A DNA stretch of 61,499 bases from an uncultured Piscirickettsiaceae bacterium (GTDB taxonomy: Bacteria > Pseudomonadota > Gammaproteobacteria > GCF-002020875). The notes beneath the pieces are model-generated. The model had not been told where the DNA came from. It saw only the letters and a list, made by a program, of their open reading frames with translations, and searched no databases. The position numbers were made by a program, and so were the translations under genes. Position 1 is the stretch's first letter; every line of letters starts with the position of its first letter. Location of the stretch: NCBI GenBank assembly GCA_964551545.1, contig CAZKCT010000006.1:1-61499 (forward strand). The letters run 5' to 3'. Shown piece after piece: positions 44,001-50,253 of this stretch.

Positions 44001-44710
44001 CAGAAACAGCAATGTCTCTGCATGAACTATTTGGAGGGTTAAAGCTCATCTCGGATGAGATTAAGGCGCAGTCATCGTCTCTCTCTGCGGCAATATCTGG
44101 AGATGTCGAGTTTAAGGCTTTGGAGGGGGTACGGGTGGAGTTGAAACCTCGCATTGATCAACAGGAGTTCTGGGGAATATTGAAGCAGTTCTCAAAGAAA
44201 TGGGAGCAACAGCAACAGAGTGACCGCCGTATTGCTACTCCAAAATTCAGTGAGTATGAGCCGCGCTTTATTGAGTTACTCTCTGAAACCCAGCGAATGA
44301 TTTCACAGGCCAAGATCAGTGACTCTCTGGATACTCATTTCGATCTGGTGATCCATCTTAAAGAGAATGGTCACGAGCGAGTGATACGGTCAGATGCAGA
44401 TATCAATGGTAGCTCCAGTAAAGGGATTACCTATCTGGCCCTTTGTGTTCTCTTTGCCGGCGTTGTGAGAATGATCCGAAAAGATATGGGGATTCGTATT
44501 CACTGGCCAGTAGACGAGATTGGTATTCTCCATTCCGATAATTTTAAGGCCCTTCTCAGAATGCTTGATAAAGAGGGCATTACGATGGTGGGTGCTTTTC
44601 CTGATCCAGATCCAGCGAAACTTCGTTACTTTGATCGGTTATATAATGTAATAACTGATTTTGGTGTTGAGATTCTGATTCCCAAGCCGATGCCAAGGAG
44701 TGATCTGTGA
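41027..44710 (+). CDS. SMC-type ABC ATPase, MukB/MksB/JetC-like (split head, long coiled coil, compact hinge-like insert)
   Basis: Walker A GTNGSGKT (aa 32-39). Signature-like GSSSKG (aa 1128-1133). Walker B IHWPVDE (D1163/E1164). The C-terminal layout (...VDEIGILHSDNFKALLRMLDKEGITMVGAFPD) parallels MukB (...[32 protein letters not shown]). About 1000 aa of E/K/Q/L-rich coiled-coil-like sequence lies in between, interrupted near aa 545-625. Confidence 0.8.
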   Translation: MAGLKRIILIDTGLFPGRDTFLDVSGHTTATGTNGSGKTSLILLIPFFYGHEPRSLSTHAADKQSFVDFYLPRVSSLLIFEYENHLGEGVCVVASRSVSGSSVVYQFVNAAYAPELFVNDNDNCFFNRDEVSHQWDRLDIEHSPKIQNIREYRSIIQHDTKVIRYSSERKKLQRIAQSYALGSRKDPLQHMEKVTHSILTGVGSISGIKSILASILEKKIEIPSAPKNDKAIGSFQGALSDFETILKRGKIPEAVREMNKYHSIREELRNIRFLLEQKMVEGSEELELKKEKLDQLVLSNSKAKAKRDEAIEELTESEIKARKESESAGKLVSRVLKKKEEYEEKDAEQAKRKLETVSELQSRESVAKSRYETLIGEFKELEEEHSKRKDKLQLAHDALVQSKKGEIAEIKLRLVQLNSDQKVEENKLEQEKLIDISRINSQRAEKRTELAQNLATLEERLKHSFKTPEEDAIISSRTDQRDGLINEQNGQQEEFNRIRQEKGGAKGKLDDLVRQYEDQHESVKGLKSRKQQLLKDYNPKDSTFLSALKQSDPAWSETVSKVISGELLHRTDLSPELIEQAEKLLYGWDLDLSRIELPDFAQSDEWLREAIDRLERKIINEKEVRETWNQSVEKQRADLKGLEEAYELQKTTLAQVSGNLTAANEALAIYLSDVDALVAERKKQEKQEADDLASKIDKFDIETKLLISAVADQYRESQNNVIGNFGIQIGDQESRKQSITDEITSAEKQHKLDIRQAEDDYFQLLSENGVDEEIVKTADSERQKLKEELQSVENSRPFVREYTEWLEAVWSNLNQYESDARDANSTHQDFYSQLEQAKKEHRNKRTREKKKVSAAQEEIKSLADLTEELSRISAALERENVPAEEPINPLVQDVDTLKQRVDTLLHDNHKQSRKLVQLSRGATLIIKECQTKAIKDAWSAHSRELLAELNKTAKGDVTEFDEQYFHQAPIALSQFMGEDLEKIEDLFSEQVAETAMSLHELFGGLKLISDEIKAQSSSLSAAISGDVEFKALEGVRVELKPRIDQQEFWGILKQFSKKWEQQQQSDRRIATPKFSEYEPRFIELLSETQRMISQAKISDSLDTHFDLVIHLKENGHERVIRSDADINGSSSKGITYLALCVLFAGVVRMIRKDMGIRIHWPVDEIGILHSDNFKALLRMLDKEGITMVGAFPDPDPAKLRYFDRLYNVITDFGVEILIPKPMPRSDL

Positions 44711-45351
44711 ACCACTCCACAACTTTCCCAGTCGTAATTAATCGCCTGTTGGCTGCTGAAGTGATTTGCGAGAGCTCAACTAAAGGGGAGGAGTTTCTGC
44801 TGCTGAAAACGGAGGCGTTTTTCAATGAGGTGGATCGTTATCTCAACAAGATCAATTTGAAGCTAAAAGAGACTCCAGACGGCAGTGGTTTTTATGCAGC
44901 TTATCTTGATGCTAGTGGTCATGAAATAGAGATTCGACGCTATTTCAGAGAGGATGTCATGCACTCTCTTCAGCCTTTGGTTGGTGTGCTGCAGTTTATC
45001 AAGAGTGCTCAACAGAAAGATCGCCCATTGCGTCCAGGAGATACATTGAACATCTCAGAGATTATTGAGGCGGTTGAGCGTTCTGGAGTGGTTCTGCAGG
45101 ATGAGTTGGATTACCTCTCCCGTTCTAACCTTTTCAAGAATACAAAGAAAAAGACCAGTGAGCAGGTAGAGGTAATTGTTAAGAGGTTGGTTCAGCATCA
45201 GTATCTGGTGGAGCGTAGTGGTAGACCAATTGTCTATATCGCTACAGGGAAGTGGTCACTGGTTTATGAAATGATCGCTTACATCAATGATCATCAGAAC
45301 AGTGAAGATTCAGATGCAGAATTGGAGGATGCTCAAGGGGAGTTCTTTTGA
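44707..45351 (+). CDS. MukE/MksE/JetB-like (KITE-type) accessory subunit candidate
   Basis: GTG start overlapping the upstream stop (GTGA). FNEVDRYLNKINLKLKETPDGSGFYAAYLD resembles, from memory, the MukE segment [22 protein letters not shown] and the JetB pattern around LGLEL..DE.EGYAFL. It has an acidic C-terminal tail. Confidence 0.55.
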   Translation: MNHSTTFPVVINRLLAAEVICESSTKGEEFLLLKTEAFFNEVDRYLNKINLKLKETPDGSGFYAAYLDASGHEIEIRRYFREDVMHSLQPLVGVLQFIKSAQQKDRPLRPGDTLNISEIIEAVERSGVVLQDELDYLSRSNLFKNTKKKTSEQVEVIVKRLVQHQYLVERSGRPIVYIATGKWSLVYEMIAYINDHQNSEDSDAELEDAQGEFF

Positions 45352-46571
45352 GTAAAAATCGCCAGGCCACAGAAGATCTGCTAAAGGCACTTTACAAGCA
45401 TAGAGCGCTGATTAGCCTGATTCACCAAAATGGTTATGCTATTGAAGATGGCGATAACAGTAGTGCGATCACAGAACTGCATAGTTACAGAACTTTATGG
45501 AGACCCAATACTGTAGATAGTGATGAGGTGCGTCTCACCCAGTCGTTGTCGAGCACACTTGGCCTTGCGGTCGAGGAGTATGTTGCACGTGATATTGATA
45601 AGGATATGGGAGGATATCTTGATCTAATCAAGCGTCAGATTGATGGCTATCAGGCGGCAAAGCGTAGTGCAGCCTATTCAGATAGTGAGACCTATCTCAA
45701 TCAACTATCGGAGACTGTATATAATCTGATTGAGCATCTGGCTCATGCAGTTAAGTCGACTTGGTACAACATAGACAGTCAGTTTCGTTATGTGCAGACG
45801 ATAGAGTCCAAAGAACGAGAGGCGCAATATTTGCTTGAGAGTATCAAGAAGCTGCGTAATGGTCTTTCTATCTTCAATACTACCGAGATGCAGCGGCTTG
45901 CTGGTAGTGATGCAAAGCTGTTCCGTCTATTGGTGAGTCGTTTACCCAATAATATTGCAATCTTCCGGTCTGAAATTGTTGAGGTCATCGAGCGCCTTAA
46001 GGATCTGCTGTTTGAAATGAAAGAGATTCAGATCCAATCCAGAGCACTGCAGTTTGTACATGACCTTTTCAGAAAAAAAGGTGATGAGAGTGAGGTAGAT
46101 GAGAAATTCTTTCCTATAGAAATGATTAACCGAATTGAGAATAGAGCAGTTCGGGCATATCCAGATGTTGATGCTGTCGTCGATCAACAGCTATTGGAGG
46201 GTATTGTAACCAAGCTTACCTCGCAGAGAAGAGAGGAGCATGAGAGAGAAGTTGAGTGTATCAAGGTTCAGTTGAGCGAAACGCCAACTTCAGAAATAGT
46301 TGAAAGCGCAGTCGGTCAAGCGGTCACTCTGTTCTTTGAGCGGGTCGCTAAGAAGGGTGAGGCAAGCGTTAGTGATAGCAGAGATTTGATTCCTGAAGAG
46401 GATGTGCCTATTTCCGCTGAGGTATGGATGTTTAGCGTAATGGCGCGCTATAACATTATGCAAGATGGTGATAGGAAGTGCTTTACGTTGCGTCGCATTG
46501 CTGAACAGGATCATTATTTTAATGGCGTCCACTATGTTGAAGATATCTTCTTTAAGGCAGTACAGGAGTAG
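45348..46571 (+). CDS. Hypothetical protein in the kleisin (MukF/MksF/JetA) slot of the operon
   Basis: TTG start overlapping the upstream stop (TTGA). The 407-aa product looks largely helical. I recognise no diagnostic motif, so the assignment rests on context only. Confidence 0.3.
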   Translation: MSKNRQATEDLLKALYKHRALISLIHQNGYAIEDGDNSSAITELHSYRTLWRPNTVDSDEVRLTQSLSSTLGLAVEEYVARDIDKDMGGYLDLIKRQIDGYQAAKRSAAYSDSETYLNQLSETVYNLIEHLAHAVKSTWYNIDSQFRYVQTIESKEREAQYLLESIKKLRNGLSIFNTTEMQRLAGSDAKLFRLLVSRLPNNIAIFRSEIVEVIERLKDLLFEMKEIQIQSRALQFVHDLFRKKGDESEVDEKFFPIEMINRIENRAVRAYPDVDAVVDQQLLEGIVTKLTSQRREEHEREVECIKVQLSETPTSEIVESAVGQAVTLFFERVAKKGEASVSDSRDLIPEEDVPISAEVWMFSVMARYNIMQDGDRKCFTLRRIAEQDHYFNGVHYVEDIFFKAVQE

Positions 46572-46574
46572 CTA

Positions 46575-47414
46575 TTGAATCAGCAGCTCTATAGTGCAAT
46601 GCGTAATCTGGTTATCCAGAACGAATCTAGATTGCGCCTTGGCAGGACATCAAGGCAGATTGTAGATCTGTTTGGTGTAGGCAAAGAAGCAGGAGGAAGC
46701 GTTCTGTTTTCAGAGGAGGATATCTCACGGCTCATCAGTAAGATAAAAGAGCAGTATGGTCATGATCTTAGATTCGATAGAGAATTTGAGGAACTCTCTC
46801 AAGGGCGTTATGAGATGAGCAAGGTTTCTGTAAATGAAAAAGAGAGTCCGAAAGCAGTTTTTGATCGATATATACAGGTCACCTCAAATGGTGAAATCCC
46901 TATGAGGCAGGGAGGTGTGCGAGTACCGAACAAAACGTTGTTGATGTGTGATCATGATGATGTGCTCTGGGAGCGGGTGGATGCAGTGGTTATAACTGAG
47001 AACGGAGTTGCTGCTCAGCGATGGCAGGAAGCTGAAGTTGATGGTCTTCCAGTAGTGACCGTTATGATTTATCGAGGGCATGACTATCTGGCTAAACATG
47101 TCCTGAACGCTGTTGAGTTAGCCAAGGAGTACCAGTGCAAGATATATGGATTTTTTGATGTTGACCCAAAAGGATTGGAGCTGGGGCTTTCCCTTGAGGC
47201 GGATGGGGTAGTGATTCCAGCAGTGCTGGACATTGAGGATCTTTCGTATAGAGATCGATATCAAGATCAGATTGGATACCTTGGTGGTCTTGAGAATAAA
47301 GTGCCTGAATCTCTTAGAGAGTATTACCATTGGATGACATCCGGTCGAGTGGCAATTAATCAGGAATTGTTGATATCAAGAAAGGTGAGTTTGGTGGTTC
47401 ATGAAGTGGCTTGA
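46575..47414 (+). CDS. Toprim-domain protein, JetD/MksG C-terminal-domain-like (DUF2220-like) nuclease candidate
   Basis: TTG start 3 nt after the upstream stop. The Toprim acidic set is VVITEN (E142) and FFDVDPKG (D195, D197), followed by a late INQE motif. At 279 aa it is shorter than the JetD length I recall. Confidence 0.6.
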   Translation: MNQQLYSAMRNLVIQNESRLRLGRTSRQIVDLFGVGKEAGGSVLFSEEDISRLISKIKEQYGHDLRFDREFEELSQGRYEMSKVSVNEKESPKAVFDRYIQVTSNGEIPMRQGGVRVPNKTLLMCDHDDVLWERVDAVVITENGVAAQRWQEAEVDGLPVVTVMIYRGHDYLAKHVLNAVELAKEYQCKIYGFFDVDPKGLELGLSLEADGVVIPAVLDIEDLSYRDRYQDQIGYLGGLENKVPESLREYYHWMTSGRVAINQELLISRKVSLVVHEVA

Positions 47415-47481
47415 GGTGTATAAGCAGGATCAGTAGGTAATGATATGATGAATATGTCAATGCTAGTTAATGAGGTGGTGT

Positions 47482-47706
47482 ATGAGGACAGTCGTAGATA
47501 TTCCAGATGAGCAGATTTCTCTCCTTAAACAGGTCGGAGAACGAGACCATCTCTCTCGTGCCGAGATGGTACGCCGTGCAGTTGCAGATTACATTGCCAA
47601 GTGTATGAATGTTACAAAGGAAGATGGCAGTTTTGGTCTCTGGAAAGATCGCAGGGAGGATGGGGTTGCCATGCAGCAGAGGTTGCGTAAGGAGTGGGAG
47701 CCTTGA
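47482..47706 (+). CDS. vapB: Ribbon-helix-helix (CopG/VapB-type) antitoxin
   Basis: MRTVVDIPDEQISLLKQ...SRAEMVRRAVADYI is a typical RHH N-terminus. A GAGGTGG Shine-Dalgarno sequence lies just upstream of ATG 47482. An alternative ATG is at 47470. Confidence 0.7.
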   Translation: MRTVVDIPDEQISLLKQVGERDHLSRAEMVRRAVADYIAKCMNVTKEDGSFGLWKDRREDGVAMQQRLRKEWEP

Positions 47707-48065
47707 AGGCGCTACTGGATAGTAATATTTTGATTGATTACCTCAATGGGATTGTAGATGCCAAGGTAGAGATTGAGCGGTATACCTCACCTATGATCAG
47801 TGCAATCAGCTGGATGGAAGTGATGGCGGGAGCAAGTCGGGATGAAGAGGGGGTTGTACGTAGATTTCTCTCTCGTTTTATTCAGGTGCCAGTCGATCAT
47901 CAGGTTGCCGAGTTGGCAGTAGAGATACGCAGGCGTACCAGAATTCGATTACCTGATGCGATTATCTGGGCCTCGGCTCAGTCGGAAGAGGCACTGTTGG
48001 TGAGCCGTAACAGTCGGGATTTTCCAGAGGATGATCCCGGTGTTCGCATTCCTTATTCTGTGTAG
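47694..48065 (+). CDS. vapC: PIN-domain toxin VapC
   Basis: PIN acidic residues are in LLDSNILIDYL, ISWMEVMAG and PDAIIWASA. It overlaps the antitoxin stop. The start is either GTG 47694 or TTG 47703. Confidence 0.8.
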   Translation: MGALKALLDSNILIDYLNGIVDAKVEIERYTSPMISAISWMEVMAGASRDEEGVVRRFLSRFIQVPVDHQVAELAVEIRRRTRIRLPDAIIWASAQSEEALLVSRNSRDFPEDDPGVRIPYSV

Positions 48066-48076
48066 CTTGATTTTGG

Positions 48077-48508
48077 ATGGAAAATTTTCATGTAGCCCCG
48101 GTTCATCTGGTGCCTGACTGGGATGTGCTGCGCCTGTTCCAGTTTGAGCCGGGAGAGATCCCGCAACAGACCCAGCAGCAGCTGATTGAGCTGTTGACCC
48201 CACTGTTTGCAGAGCATCAAATGGTGTTGAGTTACCAGAGTGATCTGCGTTGGCAGCTGCAGCTGCCAAAACGGGAACCAGTCTTGACCACCCCCATTGA
48301 TTGGGCAACCGGCCATAACCTCCATCAGGCAATGCCGCGAGGAGAGAGTGCACTGCGCTGGAAACAGATTCTCAATGAGGCACAGATGGTGCTGCATGGT
48401 GCGCCGATCAATCAACAACCGGATCAGTTGGCGGTTAACGGCATCTGGGTCTGGCGGGATCCCTCGCTGATGGATCGGCTGCGTCACCGCTGGAGTCAGC
48501 GTTCATGA
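48077..48508 (+). CDS. Hypothetical protein; possibly the 5'-truncated remnant of an RpfE-type (COG4255-like) gene that is commonly adjacent to recJ
   Basis: The 143-aa ORF overlaps the recJ start by 4 nt. The segments APVHLVPDWD, NEAQMVLHGAPINQQ and VNGIWVW recall, from memory, the family pattern ADPVHL..D / EAQM.LH..P.N / N..W.WG. The first few codons lie in AT-rich island-type sequence. Confidence 0.4.
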   Translation: MENFHVAPVHLVPDWDVLRLFQFEPGEIPQQTQQQLIELLTPLFAEHQMVLSYQSDLRWQLQLPKREPVLTTPIDWATGHNLHQAMPRGESALRWKQILNEAQMVLHGAPINQQPDQLAVNGIWVWRDPSLMDRLRHRWSQRS

Positions 48509-50211
48509 GGGTGGTCGAGCGCAGTGTGCCAGAAGGTGAGCCACTGCAGGGGCTCTCGCCACTGCTTGATCGGATCTACCGTGCTCGCGGGGTGACTCAC
48601 TCTGATCATCTGGATCACGCCCTGAAGCGGCTGTTGCCGATCTCCTCGTTGATGAATGTCGAGCGTGCAGCAGAAGTCGTAGCAACCTCGATTCATAACC
48701 GAGAATCGATGGTTGTGGTGGGGGATTATGATGCCGATGGGGCAACGGCCTGCAGTGTCTGTATGCGGGGGCTGGGGGCGATGGGTGCCAATATTCGCTA
48801 CATCGTGCCCGACCGGAAAAAACATGGCTATGGCCTCTCTCCACAGCTGGTTGAGTTGGCGTTGCAGCATGAACCACAACTGCTGATCACGGTGGATAAC
48901 GGTATCTCCAGTGTTGAGGGGGTGGCTGCTGCAAAGGCGTACGGGATGAAGGTGGTGGTGACGGATCACCATCTGCCGGGTGAGATGTTGCCGGATGCCG
49001 ATGTGATCGTGAACCCCAATCAGCCAGGCGATAATTTTGCCAGCCCTCATCTGGCGGGGGTCGGGGTCGCCTTCTATCTTGTCTGTGCAGTAAAGCAGAC
49101 GTTGCAGCATGATTTTAATCCAGCCACCCTGCTTGATCTGGTGGTAGTAGGGACGGTGGCTGATGTGGTGCAACTGGATCAGAACAACCGGATTCTGGTG
49201 CAACAGGGTATCGAGCGCATTCGGCGTGGCCTCTGCTCACCCGGCATCTCCGCGCTGCTGGAGGTATCCAAACGGGAGCAGGCGCGTGTTGTCGCCACCG
49301 ATTTCGGCTTTGGTGTGGGGCCGAGGATCAATGCCGCTGGAAGAATGACAGAGATGGGGGCGGGGATTGAGTGCCTCCTTGCTGAAACACTGCAGCAGGC
49401 ACAGCTGCAGGCGCAGGCCCTTGACCAGATTAATCGTCAGCGGCGAGAGGTGGAGGGGGAGATCCGCGAAGAGGCGGAGCAGATCATCGCCTCATTGCAT
49501 ATGGAACGCAGCCAGCACGCCGCCGGGATTGCCCTCTATCAGCCCCACTGGCATGAGGGGGTGATCGGAATTGTTGCGGGAAGAATCAAGGAGCAGATGC
49601 ACCGCCCGACGGTGGTCTTCGCCAGAGGGGAGGATGGGGTGCTCAAGGGGTCGGCGCGATCCATTTCGGGTCTTCATCTGCGAGATCTGCTGGATGCACT
49701 GGCCAAACAGCAGCCGGGGCTGATCCTCAAGTTTGGAGGACATGCCATGGCGGCAGGATTGTCGATTGAAGCGGTCGATTTTGACCGTTTTCGACTCGCC
49801 TTTGAGCAGCTGGTGGCGGAGACTGTGAGTGAGGATCTGCTGGAAGAGGTGCTGTTGGTCGACGGTGCGCTTGATGCTGATGAGTGTTCGCTGGAGAGCG
49901 CAGCGATGTTGCAACAGGCCGGGCCGTGGGGGCAGGGATTCCCGGAGCCCTGCTTCCGTAACCAGTTTCTGCTGGAGCGTTGGCGAATCGTCGGTGAGCG
50001 CCATCTCAAGCTCTGGGTGAGAGCCCCAGGAAGTGGTGAGGTACTGGATGCGATTGCTTTCAATCAGGCAGAGATTCCACTGCCGGAGGCAGGCGGTCTG
50101 TTGGATCTGGTCTATCGCCTCGATATCAATCGCTGGCAGGGGAGAGAGACGCTTCAATTGATGGTTGAGGCGGTGATTCAGGCGGATGAGCGCACAACAG
50201 AGCGTGTATAA
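48505..50211 (+). CDS. recJ: Single-stranded-DNA-specific exonuclease RecJ
   Basis: DHH-family motifs VVVGDYDADGATA, ITVDNG and VVVTDHH, plus the DHHA1 motif GGHAMAAG. Confidence 0.95.
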   Translation: MRVVERSVPEGEPLQGLSPLLDRIYRARGVTHSDHLDHALKRLLPISSLMNVERAAEVVATSIHNRESMVVVGDYDADGATACSVCMRGLGAMGANIRYIVPDRKKHGYGLSPQLVELALQHEPQLLITVDNGISSVEGVAAAKAYGMKVVVTDHHLPGEMLPDADVIVNPNQPGDNFASPHLAGVGVAFYLVCAVKQTLQHDFNPATLLDLVVVGTVADVVQLDQNNRILVQQGIERIRRGLCSPGISALLEVSKREQARVVATDFGFGVGPRINAAGRMTEMGAGIECLLAETLQQAQLQAQALDQINRQRREVEGEIREEAEQIIASLHMERSQHAAGIALYQPHWHEGVIGIVAGRIKEQMHRPTVVFARGEDGVLKGSARSISGLHLRDLLDALAKQQPGLILKFGGHAMAAGLSIEAVDFDRFRLAFEQLVAETVSEDLLEEVLLVDGALDADECSLESAAMLQQAGPWGQGFPEPCFRNQFLLERWRIVGERHLKLWVRAPGSGEVLDAIAFNQAEIPLPEAGGLLDLVYRLDINRWQGRETLQLMVEAVIQADERTTERV

Positions 50212-50253
50212 TCAGCCCCTATTTTTGGCACCCCCGATAACGGATATTGAGTG

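Larger units (their letters stand above)
40855..48076. other. AT-richer accessory island (SMC-type four-gene operon plus vapBC); no mobility gene seen
   Basis: G+C spot counts on 60-nt lines are 26/60 (41041-41100) and 25/60 (45421-45480) inside the island. Outside they are 34/60 (40021-40080, thrC) and 36/60 (48901-48960, recJ). The shift begins right after the thrC terminator and ends at about 48090. Confidence 0.6.

Noticed and set aside
41255-46532. Short minus-strand ORFs (60-100 aa) scattered through the island operon, for example 41908-42162, 42211-42513, 42634-42885 and 43924-44154.
   Set aside because: They are Ser/Leu/Phe-rich mirror images of the E/K-rich coiled-coil coding strand. 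They have no start context or motifs, and they overlap a tightly coupled plus-strand operon.
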